From Microbotryum violaceum (taxonomy: Eukaryota): a DNA stretch of 64,000 bases. Positions 39,068 through 54,479 of this stretch are shown in pieces (positions within the stretch are counted from its first letter, which is position 1; each line of letters begins with the position of its first letter). Location of the stretch: assembly GCA_001244265.2 (NCBI GenBank), contig CDLV01000005.1:248001-312000 (forward strand). The letters run 5' to 3'. The position numbers and the translations under genes were made by a program. The notes beneath the pieces are model-generated. The model was not told where the DNA came from. It made no database searches and saw nothing but the letters and a program-made list of their open reading frames with translations.

Positions 39068-39556
39068 GGGAGGGTTAAGGGTAATCTGGGCCGCGTATCT
39101 GTCGACATCTCCTGTAGTCTAGAAGACGGAGATCCTCTGTCATCCCAGAAGGAGCAACAAAGATGAATGCCACCAAGGGAGTCGTCATCATACAGCCCGT
39201 GAGGTCATCTCTTTCCCCCCCACGCCTCCGAAGCAGAAACGGGGGGCAGATGAGAATGACTGGCAGTTGAATCTTCGTCGATCGTTCAAAGATGGGAGGA
39301 CTCGGAAGTAGGGGTCCAAAGTGTGGGAGGAAGCGGTGGGGCCACTTGCACTTTGAAACCTTGGGGCTCACCCGGTGAAGGGTGGGGAGTCTGATCGACG
39401 TGTGGGGATATGGGGGGGAGGATCGAGCAAGAACGAAGACATTTGGTGCCCATGTTACCCTGACCGTCTAGTCCTCTCCTCTCCAAGGCGCGCGAGTCGT
39501 CCAAGTGATACAACATGAGCAATCTTGCATTTATACGACCGTACCTACTCAACTCG

Positions 39557-40302
39557 TTACCGTGCTGCTGCTTCGCTCTCTGCGTGTTCCTGTCCCTGTC
39601 CGGCGATCAGGTCGATCGTTGTCTTGAACTTGCGACTTTGTATCGGTGGTGCGAGTTGATCAAAGTTTTCGGTCTCGCACGGATTGAAGGGGTTGGACAG
39701 ATATGCGATGTAGGTGTTGTGAATGGCTCGAAAGATCTGGAGGAGGGAAAGTTTTCGTTTGGGGAAGGTGAGGCTCATCTCGAATGGAATAGAGACAAGT
39801 CAAGATGGACTGACGGTCTTGACATCGATGTCTCTTACGACCGCATCGGCCATGGCGAGGATGAGAACAAATTTGACGCGAGTGTTGGTTTGGTAGCCGT
39901 AGCTGAGCAGATAACGCAGGTTCAGCAAGTGAGGCCGAAAGAGTAAGATGAAGACCTACACGGCGTAGTCTTCCATCGTGTACAGTAGACCAAGGTAGCA
40001 GTCGACCGTCTTGGCCGCGGGAGATTCTACGTGAGAGAGTGAGCAGGATTGTCCTCTTTAGCCGTGTACTTCTTGCGCGCCAAGACGACGATGAACGCAC
40101 CTCTCTCCTCGAAAAAGTCCAGCGAGGTATGGGCGGCGTACTGCCACTTGAGGTCGTGGTGCTGGGGCCGGTGTCGGTGTTGGAAGGCTGCGTGGTCGGA
40201 CGGGGGCGAGTAGGAGCGTAGCAGCAATGGGTTGCCGTGCTTGCCGAGGATCGCGATCGACAGGATCCGCAGCGAGGTCGGTGATGCTGTTGGTGTTGTC
40301 AT
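39557..40302 (-). CDS. TRAPP complex subunit 2-like (Sedlin family, Tca17/TRAPPC2L)
   Basis: [73 protein letters not shown]. Confidence 0.9.
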
Positions 40303-40790
40303 TTTTGGGTGGTCGGAGGTCGGAGGTCGGAGTGGCTCCGGGGGGTGGAATGCAACAGCAACAGCAACAGCGTACGAGGGCAGAGACCGCGGGGGCGCAA
40401 AGGAGACTTGTCGCTCCAATTGCGCATTAGAAATCGGATCTAATCGCGAGACAATCAAAGCGCTTATTATTGCGGCGGTCGGTTTCCGCTTGAAGCTGAC
40501 ACTGCTCAGGCTTTGCTTTCGTCTCGAGCGCAACCCTTATTAACGGGGTGGCGTACATCTCGTGTAGCACCCAAACACTGTACTCTGACTGTATCCGCGC
40601 TACTTCCCTGACGCTCTCGGTGTCCCTGCACTCTCCATTCTCCTCCACTCCTGCCCTCAAACCGTCGGACGCTCACTCGTCTCGCACGTGCGACCCAACA
40701 ATTCGGCCCCTCACTAAGTAGCCTCACCACTAGCCTCGCTGGCCTCTCTCTATAAGCCTCACTTCCAACGGTCGCAGCCTGTGCGCAGCC

Positions 40791-43700
40791 ATGGCCAGCT
40801 TGACGCCGACGAGCCCGACCGTCGCACCTACTCGGTCCTTCAGTGGCAATGTACCGTCCACTCCCATTCCCAATTCATCGTCCCCCTCGCCCGAGAGTCC
40901 CCCCACCACCTCCGCTTCAGCTTTGAGCGAACCGTTGATCCGACTCGGTACGTTCAATCCCACCCCACTCGTTCAGCTCACCTCTTCCTCGGCCATCTCT
41001 TGAGTATTCTCTTCTTCTACAACAGGCGTAGCAGCCATGGATCGCAAGGCTCGTTCGAGGCCGATGCGCAACATCCTCTCTCGTCTGCTCGCGACCCAGC
41101 GCTTCGAGATCACCGTCTTTGGCGATAAAGTCATCCTCGATGAAGGTGCGTCAGCATAGTATCCATCCCCACCTCTTCAAAGCCGGTTTCCGATGAAAAA
41201 TCTTTTTATCATCATACCACAGCCATCGAGAATTGGCCCGTGTGCGATTTTTTGATCTCCTTCTTTAGCGAAGGGTTCCCGATCGATAAAGCCAGCAAGT
41301 TTCTTTCCTCCCTCCTCCGATTCCGATTCCGATCCCCGAACTTTTCTCTCGAGCTGATTTTTCGCCCTACTTTTCAAAAACCCCGCGCCAGTTGGATACG
41401 TTGAACTACGCAAACCCGTCTGCGTTAACGATCTCCCACTTCAAAAAGTGTTCTGGGATCGTCGGGTCGTCCTACAGATCCTGGACCGTATCGGCGTTCC
41501 GACCCCGAAACGACTCGAGTGTAACCGCGACGGAGGACCCCAATTGGACCGTTCGATCGCCGATACGATTCAACAAAATATCGGCGTACGCGTCGATAAA
41601 TCCCGACCCAAGAGTGAGGTCTTCATGAAGGACGACGACACGATCGTCGTTGATGGCAAGACCATGTCCAAACCGTTTGTCGAAAAACCCGTCAGTGGCG
41701 AGGACCATAACGTCAACATTTACTTTGCCAAGAAGAAGGGAGGAGGAGCGAGGAGGTTATTCAGAAAGGCAAGTCGAGATCGGTATAGAGTTAACTGAAA
41801 CCGCTCGTGCGTAGACGATGCTGATCACTTTGCACGTGCTTGCTCACAGGTCGGTAACCAATCCTCGGCGTTTGAACCGACCTTGACCCAAGTACGCATG
41901 GAAGGTTCCTACGTCTACGAGCAATTCGTCGACGTCGAGAACGCCGAAGATATCAAGGTCTACACCCTCGGACCGAACTTTGTCCATGCCGAAACGCGCA
42001 AATCGCCCGTCGTCGATGGAGTTGTCAGGCGCAACCCCGAGGGCAAGGAGATCCGCTTCATTTGTCAATTGACCGACGCGGAGAAGAAGATGGCGAGGGA
42101 CATCTCGGTCGCGTTCAAGCAGAACATTTGTGGATTCGACTTGTTGAGGGCAGGTGGTAAGAGCTACGTTATCGACGTCAATGGCTGGAGTTTCGTCAAA
42201 GGCAACGACTTTTACTAGTGAGCCTCAAGTCTGTCTACTCTTTCTACGAAAAGGCCCAAGACGATGTACTAACCGAGCCGCGGTGGACTCGGACCCTCTC
42301 ACCAGCGACAAGTGTGCCGAGATCCTGTCCAAATTCTGCGAACGCAAGATGCCTTCCGTATCCAAATCCTTCACGCCGGGAACCGAAACCCCGCGCGAAA
42401 AATCGTGGGTGCTCAAATCGACGATCTGCGTCGGACGTCACGGCGACCGTACGCCCAAGTGCAAGCTCAAGTTCACCTTCAAGGGTTCGAACCCTTGGAC
42501 CCAACCCTTCATCACCTTGTTGCAAGGTCGAACGAACGAGATCATCCTTCGCGAACCCGATCAATTGCAATACATTGCTGATGCGGCCGAGGAGGCGAGT
42601 GGTCTCGAAGGCGCGGATAAGGAACAGCTCGAACAGTTGAGGAAGATCATTGAAAAGAAGAAGAATACTAATGGGACCAAGGCGCAGTTGAAACCGGCTT
42701 TCAAGGACGATGGCACGTGCGAGAAGGTCGCTGTAGTCGTCAAATGGGGCGGAGAAGTGAGTAAGCGCATGATGCGTCGCCCGCGCCCTGATAACCCGGG
42801 GTTCTGACCAGCAATTATTGGTCTTATCAGTTCACTCATGCAGCTCGTTACCAAGCGAGGGACATTGCCGAGAACATGCGCAAAGGTGAGCGGCCTAGAT
42901 CAAATGTTTGTCATAGCGCGCGCGGTCCAGCTGAGCCACGTTTACGGTGCAGACTTCTTGATTATGAATAAGTCCTTGTTCGATCACACCAACGTCTACA
43001 GTAGTTCAGAGTGAGCTGCATCCTCGCAAGTCGGTGCATGGACTCGTCTGACGCAGGCTCTCTCATTCGAGCTTTCCCACAGACGTCGGGTGGTGGCGAC
43101 CGCAGAGATTTTTACGACGCAAGTACATGTTCTTCGATGATCGGGGTGATGGTCGGGGTAAAACTAACCGTATAAAATGTATTCGATGCGTTGTCACAGT
43201 GCTTTCATGGACGACAAGGAAGCTACACCCGATACCCAACGTCTCATCATCCGCAAGGATCTCTTGGACGACTCGAATGCTGCCAAGGACGAGGTGAGAC
43301 AGCATATCAGACTTGGTTCTTGAATGCGTACTGAAGGCTGTTACATGGCTTTCTAATGCAGATGGAGAAGGTCAAGAAACGCCTCAAGATCTTGTGCCGT
43401 CCTGGAGCGCAGGCGAGGCCCGAGTTCGCTTGGCCCTTGGCTGATCAGACCCCGTTCGAGGTGAGTCCCAAGTATATGCATGGAGTCTGAATGCGCGTCC
43501 AATGCTCACTCTTCGTATGTGTTACCGTTACCAGGTGGTCAAGGAAACAATCGAGCTGATGCGCCATCATCGGGCGGTCATGCATCGCAACTGGGAGTCG
43601 TTGGCGGTCGAGAAGATTCAGATCCGCTGGTGTTGCGGAGAGTACCCATACTTGTTCCGAGGTGGGTCATGCAAACCGATTCATAACTTTCCCCGGTGTC

Positions 43701-44889
43701 GCTTACTCATTCACTCTTCATCGAGGTAAATTCACAGAGCGATGGGAAGCCCTCTTCGCCGACTGGTGCGACGTCGAACTAGAGAAGTTTGACCCTTCGC
43801 GCGTATCAGAACTATACGACTCGCTCAAATACGACGCCTTGCACAACCGCGTCTTCCTCGAGACCATCTTCGGCAACGGCTCAACCCCACGCGCTTCTTC
43901 CCTCTCGCTCGATTCCCGCTCCTCGGAGAAAGAAGACCAATCCGGTCCACCGAAGAAGTTGAGGGAATTATACAAACGCGCCAAGTTGTTGTTCGACCTG
44001 ATCGCGCCGCAGGAGTACGGTATCGAGAAGAGTGAGAAGGAGGAAATCGGCCTCTTGACGAGTTTACCGCTGCTGGAACAGTTGATCAAGAACCTCAAAT
44101 CTGCGAGGGAGGAAACGCACGCTTCGGCCAATTTTTACTTTACAAAGGAGTCGCACATGTGAGTTTTTGGCAAAAAAAAAATGACAAGTGTGTTGTGTAA
44201 GATTATTTCTCGGTACTGATATTGTGATATGGGTGCGCTCTGGTCATTGCAGCCACACGCTGGTTAACTTGGTCACGCTTTCCGAGCTACCCATCGTGAT
44301 GCCTCAAGTACCCGAACTGGATTACATGTCGTATATTGCGTACGTACCTTCACAATCCACAAAACCGAATCCCCCAACAACTGACCGCCTCTTTACTTGT
44401 CTTCCCTACAGCTTCGAAGTGTACGAACGTACGAAAGGTCAAACGAAAGAACTCTCCGTACGAGTGTCCCTATCCGAAGGCGCGCATTCGGCCGTGCTCG
44501 ACGCAAGCCTGGACGCCAAACATGCACTCCAAGTCCAACCCCGTAGGGCCTTGACGGATTATTTGGATTTGGACGTCGCGATCGAGACGTTGGGTAGACA
44601 TTCGGCCAAGGCGGAGGCGAAACAGATTAAGAAATCGACGACCAAGTTGGAGGGGTCAGTAGTCAGCCCAAAACAAAGGGGTTCCTCTTTCTTGGAGCGA
44701 GAGTAGGAAAGGGGAACGGATAACTGATGATGCGCTCCTCTTCTTATTTTTTGGTGCCTGCACAGCTTGTTGCCCATCGAAGGTGACGAAATCTTCAAAG
44801 GCGCTCAACGCCAATTGGAGGAGATTCGCGAGTTCAAGCCCAATCGACCGGGATCGCTGTATAGCGCCGGGTCCGAGAGGGGCGAGTAG
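40791..44889 (+). CDS. VIP1: Inositol hexakisphosphate / PP-InsP5 kinase (ATP-grasp kinase plus histidine-phosphatase domain)
   Basis: [117 protein letters not shown] at 44887-44889. Confidence 0.95.
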
Positions 44890-44999
44890 GGTTATCGCTT
44901 ATTGGTTACTTGAATAGAAACACTGTTCATACATTGGGATATGACAAATACTGCAACGGAAATACAGAGTTACTACTGGCATGTCTATGGAGTCGAGGA

Positions 45000-46493
<1,494 letters not shown>

Positions 46494-47197
46494 GCTGTCA
46501 AGGGTGGGCGGAAGGAAAAAGGGTGAGAAAGGATTTCAAGAAAACAGATTCCGGCGACGAAGCAAAAGTTTGCGACCAGTACAGATCCTGGGACGGAACT
46601 CCCGGACTGTGGATTTGCGCGATTGAATTCGTTGCGAACCGGGGATCCTCGCACGGACCAGGTGTCTTGCGCCCACGAACCAGCCTTCGGCTTGCCGATG
46701 TGGATACGAAAAAAACTAGTATTGCCCGCGGCTTTTGTCCTGAATCCCGATCAATGGGGTTCGGCAGGTGTGGAGCTTTCTTTAGACACTATGCCGTCCC
46801 GAAAACTGGACCAATTTCAATGAAAAAACTTTGGTTGAGGGGCAGGTTGGTACGGGTGAACGCAGCGTACTCTGACTGTCGCGAGTCGGTTTGACACGGG
46901 CGCTCGGTCGCTCGGCCGCTATTTAGTCGCCGTCGTCGGCCGTCGCCTCCACGCGTCGATCGCGCCTCTCGCCTTCTCGCGCTCGAGCCCGTCGTGACAG
47001 GTCGTGACTGCCGCGCCAGGCGCTCGTTCAAGCTCGGTCCCAGTCAAGCTCTTATCGTTGCCCCCTGTTGCCCCTCTTTGCACCGCATGAGATTGAGCAC
47101 GCCATCGCTTACGCCCAACCCAACCCAACCCACACCTTCCCCGTCTCTTTCCCCTTCTCTTTCCCCTCGGTTGCTCTGTCCAAGGTTGAAGGCAGCC

Positions 47198-49150
47198 ATG
47201 AAGGATATCGAGGCCCCGCCCTCGCCGAGCAAGCTGGAATCAAGCGCGAGCTCGCTGCGAGGAACTGACCATGATCTCGCCACGGGCACGCCATCGCTGC
47301 ACAAGGGAGACGGCGACGACGACCAGCAGCAGCCCACGTCAAAGCTCAGCAAGCTGTGGCGTAGGATCAACGATGACCTCTCGATCGAGTCCCACGGTGT
47401 CGCACCCCTGACCGAGGAACAACGCGTCGACTCCAACTTTCTCGACTCATTCACTATGTGGTGAGTTGACACTTGGACTCGGCTCGAGTTCGCAGACGAT
47501 CGTCGCCGTGGAGTGGGGTGCGTCGTCGCTACCGGAGTTTGCCGAGATCATGCGAACTGTCTCCGGCGCTGTCGCATGCTGATATACACACCATCCACTC
47601 GCACCAACAACAGGCTCACGATGAATGCTACTATCGCATGCTTCTCTACCGGAACACTGGGGCCCCTTCTGTTTGGATTCTCGATGAAGGTACGGGGATT
47701 GTCCCTCCACCCCGGAAACCCCGCTGACCGAGTTGAAGCCCGGTCGGTCCGAGCAATTTAGACGTTCCGGCGTGCGAGCTAAATCCAGTGTTTGGCACCT
47801 CCTATCTATACGCAGAACTCGTTTCTTGTCATTGTATTCTTCAACATCTTCTCATGTGCGGTGCCGTCCTATTTTGCCGTGTTCGGGCCAAGGTCAGCTT
47901 GCGATGCTGTTGCCGCCAGTCCTCGTATCGGTCACCCCTCAGTCCCCGGCGCTGACCAGAAATTCTGCTTTGGGTTCAGGCTCGGCATGAGGCAGATGGC
48001 TGTCGCCCGCTACTCCTACGGCTGGTTAGGCGCCACCGTACCTGCCGCTTTCAACCTCATCTCCTTCATCGGCTTCAACGCGCTCAACGCCCTTCTCGGA
48101 GGTCAGGTGCTCGCGAGCGTCAACCCCGGCACCGTATCGACCCGCGTCGGCATCATCATCATCGCCACCATCTCGCTCGTGCTCTCCTTCTGCGGGTACA
48201 GGGTCTTGCACGCCTTCGAGCGATGGGTGTGGGCACCCGTGCTGCTCGCGTTTATCTTGCTCGCTGGGTTCGGAGGTCGACACCTCGGCGCCGCGACCTC
48301 CTATCTCGCCGATGTTCCTGCCACCGCCGGCACGATCCTCTCCTTCTCCTGCATTATCGTCGGATTCTCTCTTTCTTGGTGCGGCTGTGCGGCCGACTTC
48401 AACACGTACCAGCGTTCGACCGTCTCAAGCACCAAAGTATTCGTCTACACCTTTGTCGGCTTGTACCTGCCCTGCGCCTTGCTGCAGACGATGGGTGCCG
48501 CGTTCTCCGCCGCCGCTCTATCGGGGCTCGTGACAACATGGGAGAATGCATTTATTACAGGCAGCACAGGCGGTCTGGTCGCGGTTGCACTTGAACCGCT
48601 GCGCGGCTTTGGCAAGGTCTTGCTCGTCTTCTTCGCGCTCGGCATGATCACCAACATCGCACCCACCTGCTATGCCTTTTCGCTCTCGATCCAAATCGTC
48701 TTCCCCTTACTGTCCAAATTCCCCCGCTTCCTTTTCCCGATCGTAGCCACAGCGATCTACCTCCCCATTGCTATCATCGCAGCCGACCACTTTGCTGCCG
48801 CTCTGTCCAACTTCCTCAGCCTGCTCGGGTATTGGTCTGCGATTTTTGCCGCCATCTTCGTGGTCGAGCACTGGTACTTCCGCAAAGGTCGTTTCACATC
48901 TTACGACAGTTCGGTCTGGGACTCGCGCTCTCTCTTGCCGCCTGGGATCGCGGCGATCGTGTCGTCGTTGGTGGGCGCCGCGCTCGTCGTCGTCTCGATG
49001 GACCAAGTGTGGTGGAGGGGTCCGATCGCGGTCAAGATCGCTGGAAATTCCGCGTACGGGGGTGATGTTGGCTTGTGGTTGGGTGCATTGGCTGCGGCGA
49101 TTGTGTATCTACCACTGAGGAGGCTCGAGAGGTCCCACTTCAGGGGTTAG
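47198..49150 (+). CDS. Purine-cytosine permease (NCS1/Fcy2 family)
   Basis: IESHGVAP, MNATIACFSTGTLG, LGMRQMAVARYSYG, SWCGCAADFNTY, NIAPTCYAFSLS, NFLSLLGYW, PGIAA, GGDVG. About 12 TM segments. Confidence 0.9.
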
Positions 49151-49649
49151 TACATATTGCCATCCTTTTCGGTGCATCTGCGCTTCGTCAACGGGCGTGG
49201 AAAACCACAATTTTTCGGTCGGATCGACGGATTCGGTCACTGTTGATTCTTGGATTTAGTACTATTGAACGTAGTTTAGAAGTATATGAAGTCTTGATGA
49301 AATGTACTCTGAGGCATATCAACTTGCAACTAAAATCGACACGGCTTGCTGTATGCGATTGCGACGACGGCGCCGCGTGGATGCTGTCACAGTCATTCGC
49401 GGCGCGCGGCGAGGATAGCTCCGAGGAGGCACCGCCTGTGATTGAAGCACTACGTTGCAAATCGAGCAAGGAAGGAACTGAGGAAAGTCGACCCCAGCGA
49501 GATAAATTTCCTTGGCAAAACCCAACTAGCTGCTTGCGTGGCCAATGAAGCAACACGTTCCTGTAGGCCGTCTGACGTTGATCGATCGACACGTGAAACC
49601 GCCGCAGTTTGGCGCTTCTGCGAATCTAAGACACGGGTTCCGCATCGGC

Positions 49650-50130
49650 CCGGCTTATCCTCCAGCGCAACCGACAGGCGGTGCGCGTCGCATACTTGAA
49701 TGAGTTGGAAGGCATTTCATGAGGCCATTGATGTCTGAGACGACTCTTTTCGTTTCAATTTCTCTCTCGGCTGTTTCGTTGGGATCGTAGTGTCTCTGGT
49801 TGACCCTGTGAAAGGGCGCGCGCGCAGCCTGGCACTGCACAGGAAGTGTCGGCTGCCGACGAAAAGGATGACGTAAACGAGCGACTTGATGTCGTGCCAC
49901 GGCTGATGCAAAGATGCCGAATTGATCTTCTCTTCCCAGGTCTGCGCAGTCTGCGCCACATGCGCATCCTGCATCGCGATGTCTCTTCCGGAAATATCAT
50001 GGTTGGACCCGTGTTCCTGCACTTGCTGAGACATGCTCAAGGCGCCCGCGCTGCCGAGCCCGCCGATGGTGAGCGAGGTGAAACCTCTCTTGGAGGAGGC
50101 GAGATCATGGCCCTGGCGAATGCTCGGTCT
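49650..50130 (+). pseudogene. Fragment of a fungal protein kinase (FunK1/Pkinase_fungal-like)
   Basis: GLRSLRHMRILHRDVSSGNIM catalytic-loop motif follows a CAG acceptor. Upstream ILE*VGR carries an in-frame stop. No intact N- or C-lobe seen; boundaries approximate. Confidence 0.55.
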
Positions 50131-51725
50131 CGGATCAGATCACAGGGGGCTCAAGCTCCTCACGCAATGTTGCATACATGCACTGCCGTTAACTTTCCGA
50201 CTAGCACTCGCCAGTGCTCCTCACGCCCTTCGCAAAGGCGGCTGGGCCTTTTTCCCAAGACTAAAAGTTCGCCTACATCTTCCCGTTTACAACCGTAGGA
50301 CAAAACGACCACAGAGTGGTAACCTAGCTAGAAGTGGTCAGAAATTCAGAAGACGCTTCCAAATTTGCGTACGGTCGGAGCCGTGGACCGTGAGCTGTTC
50401 TCGAACTCCCCAGGCGCAGTGACAGCCATGTCAATCCCGGCTCCTGAGTCCGCTCGGCCTCCTCACCTTCCCAATCGGGCAACTGCCAGCCGGCTGCCGG
50501 CTGCCGCTGACAGCGTTATCTAAGGCGCGCGATGGCGGCTCACAGTAGTGAAAGTAAGCTGATATTATTTCTTTGGTATCTGAGATAGTATGTATTAGTA
50601 TTGAGTATAGGCTATATGCGCCAGGGTTGGAATTTGACATGTACAGCGCCGCTTTATTCCGCTGTGCCATCCCGCTCAGCGAGCCCACTCGATTTCAGTC
50701 TCTAAATCAGAAGCTAGCTCTGAGGCAGTGTCAAATCAAGCGGTAAATATTAATCAGGCATGTGAATGAACGGTCAATCTAGTTGTACAGCCGGAAAGGA
50801 AATTCCGGGCCCTCCCTGAACATACACTTATGAGTATGTAGAGCCACGCCGATCGCTCGTAATATTGCTCCTGAGACTCGAAACGGATGCGAGGCATTCC
50901 GGCTTTTGGCAGATTATAAAGCCACGAGTAAATAGGGAGTAGAGGAGGTGGGTACACATTAATGTCTACTTCGAGTTCCATGAGGGCAATCCCAGCCAGG
51001 AAAACTGGCGCTAGCTGAACGTGGTTAAGAAAATACGAGGAAACGTCTGGCCCTTGGGGGACCGGCCGAGGATGAATGCATAATCTTCGGCACAGAAATA
51101 GCACGTACTGATCAAGCCCGACACTTGCCTCTCCCTACCTAGCGCTAAATAAACTCACCCATCACCCCGTACGATTAAAGCCTGTCGGCGCTGTCCCCAG
51201 GTTTGTAAAGCCAATTTTTGACGGTTCACGCGGAACCCTAAAGTGAACGCGGTCGAGGCGGGACGGATCGTTCCCAATCCGGACAAGATGGGAGCGCGTC
51301 GCGCGCAGGCAGGCGCACCGGCGCCGTGGGCGCACCCAGTCGCGGCCGAGCGCCAACAATGTCTCAGCCACCCACCGGCCGCAGAGCTGTGCGCGCCAAT
51401 CGAGTCGGACTCCAGAGACCGAGAGCATGTAACGCGGGGCCGATGCGTTTTCCACATGATGTGCCGGGCGGGGTGCTTCTCTCTTTCGCACCTCCCCCAT
51501 TTATCTGCCGATCTTGCGTGAAGGATCATACCACCACAACGCTTCTCCATCCTACTATAATCACCAACCGATTAAACCTGTCCCGAGTGGAACGGGCCTC
51601 ACGCGGACACAGACCCACGGCACCTTGATCCGACTCGGAACAGATATTTGAGCAAGCCGAGACACCTCCTTTTTCTCTTTGAGGTCGTAACGCTTCTGGC
51701 CTTTTGGTCACCATCTTCTGTCGAC

Positions 51726-53693
51726 ATGCCGATCCCTTATGTGTTTGGCGAATCACCCAGAGTAGCGATCTCTCCGGCGCATAATTTTCGTCGTCGAAGC
51801 TCGGTCGCCAGCCTACTCGTCTCGACGCCGGGATCGTCTCCGCCGAGATCGCCTCTAATCGCGTCTCACACCCCTCCGACCAATAAAACTTCGCTCAGAC
51901 AGCCGTTTATCTCCCAGTTGATCTACAACGAGAAGAGCGGTGAAATCGACTACCCTTGCTCGCCTCCGACTTTGTCGTCATGGCCGAGAAAGTCAAGCTC
52001 CGAGTCCTTAGAGGAGAAATCGTCACCGACGAGCTCCCGATTTCATCTACACGCTTACGGTACACGACGGCGAGCATCGCCGCCAAAGGGGCGACCTTTC
52101 CAACTGCCAAGGCCATGGCTCTCCGTCATTGCTCTTGTCAGCGTCACCCTTTCTTTCGTCGTCCTTCTGACTTACCTGGTCCCCTCTTCGTACGTCATCC
52201 CTCACCGCTTGGACCCTCGAGGCCCCGCGCTAGCCACGGCTATGGGATTACCTTCCCACTCTTCCTCGGCTGAGAATTTTGTTGCAGGCATAACGCACCA
52301 TGAACTAACCTGATGAACCTTTTTATTGTTCCGTTTAACAGCACCCCCTACACCATGGGTTCCGCCGCTTCAGCGCTCCTCTTTCACAAATCCACCAAGT
52401 GCGAGCCTTATTCCGCATTCGGTGCGCTGTACACCGACACCCACGACCCGGATGCAAACCGGTGGGTTCCCTTCGATGAGAAGTGTCAGGCACCCAACTT
52501 CCTCAGCAGGCTGCGCAACGACCAAACCACCGCCGACTTCTCCTGGCTCAGGAATCGAACCGCGCTCATCATCGGAGACCAGATCTCGCGCGAGCACGTC
52601 GAAAACTTTTGCATTTTGATGGGCAAGGAGAGTGAGGTCATTCGAGACGACCATAAATACAACCCTGGAAACGCGATCTTCCGAATGCCAGCCAAAGCGC
52701 AGCACTTGGGTGAGCGACCCAGCCGAATCGCAGCGCGGTCAAGCAAGAGCGCCGGTCGCTCGCTCCGGGACACCAGTCGGCCCCGCATGTGCTACATCCC
52801 CCAGTACGATTTCATGGTATGTCGCTTCCTCTTTTAATTTTATGATCGGGTCCGCCGTACTGACCCGGCTTGCCTTCGCCTGGGCTTACAGCTCGTGTCC
52901 ATCTTCCACTTTGGCCTCGACCAAGAAGACTTTTGGCGCGACTCGGAAGCGCCTCAATACGTTGCCCCTGGGATGTTTGAGCATCGTCTGGCCGATGTCG
53001 TGGAGCCCGTCGTCAGGGCACTCCGAGCCGACGGCCGCGCATCGGCGCCGGACTTTGTCGAAGTCACCTCCGGCGTATGGGATCTCGCTCGTTGGGCCCA
53101 GCAGGACATTACCGCGCAGCAAGACACGGCCGGACCTCTGGCCAAAGACCGAGTCACATGGTACCGGTTCCGAGTGGGTCAGGCTCTCGAGAAGGTTCGC
53201 AAAATGTTCCCCGACGCCAAAGCCAAGACATGGCGAACGCTGCACTACCCCCTCGATGCGCAAGCCGAGCGTGAATACTTTTTCGTAAGTCATGCCAGAC
53301 CCATAGGTCCGCTTGAGGTATACTGAAGACTGACACCATCTCACCGCCCCGCCGTCACTATAGGAGAAAATTGCTCCTCGACAAAGGAACTCGACTGCAC
53401 TTCCCGAACCTCCTTTCTTCTCTCACGCCCGCATCAACCAACTCGACGAAGCCGTTCGCTCGCTTCTCCTACCGACAGAGATTGGAGATCTCAGTTTGGA
53501 AGCCCCCCACCCCGATTTCCGGCTCAACGAATGGGGCACGATGCTGAAGGGTCACGAAGCTCACCAACTCGACAGGATCCACGGTGACCCTCTTCCCGGC
53601 GGATACCTGTGGGCGGATGTGATGCTGTACGAGCTCTGGCGCGGGGTGATGCACAGCGAACGCCGCTCCCTTAGATCTGGGTTCCACCTATGA
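51726..53693 (+). CDS. Type II membrane SGNH/PC-esterase-fold protein, Cryptococcus CAP64/CAS3-like
   Basis: Disordered N-terminus, one TM helix (WLSVIALVSVTLSFVVLLTYLV), then WLRNRTALIIGDQISREHVENFC, FHFGLD, SGVWDLARW, WRTLHYP, DRIHGDPLPGGYLWADVMLYEL. Intron 52190-52340 restores the frame. Confidence 0.6.
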
Positions 53694-54479
53694 AGGACTC
53701 AAACATCCTAGAACGATAGACTCACCCTCGATACCCTCTCCCTTGCCGCTCATTACGACATCACCACGATATCAGAAGCATCACGACAAATCGTTTTACA
53801 CGATACAACGCTCAATGATTCAGTATTCACTAGCTGGGCCTACGCTTTTTAATCAGTAACTAGCAGTAATTCATACCCTTCACGGCATTTGCTCGACCCA
53901 TAATTCGCCGCATGTGCGAGGAGGATGTCCTAGCAATCCCCACCCCCTACCGAGCCAGGTAGTAGGGCCCTCGAGCAGACATGGGAATCTACTCGCGTTT
54001 GACAGTCACTTGAACATCTACAAAAACAGCAACGATCAAGAATATTGCGACATTGCGGAGCAAATGATTGCAGTCCAAGGCGTCGTAGTAGAAGTCAATG
54101 TGGCCGCGCCCCAATCCGCCCGCCGCGGCTCCCAATGGGAGGGAGAACCGCCGCTGGCTTGACCCGGGTGCGCCGCTGCGTTGACCTATTTCCGCTGGTT
54201 GAGTAGCTCAGAGGTCAGAGCAACTCTGATTATTGGAGTGGACCTGAGTTTGACTCTCATTTCTGCCAAACCTTCTTTTGTTCTCCGTAACACTCAGTTC
54301 CGGGAATTCCCATATTCCCAACTGTCGTGCCTTCCAAGAAGGTGGCCGACCGGTATACGGGTCGAGCTGGGGTATCCGCGCTGAAAGACAGTTGATATAC
54401 TGCCGAGACAACTCTACAATACACGTAACCGACAACAAAAAACTTTTCCGATGTTTGACGAGACAGCAATTCTGTGGTA

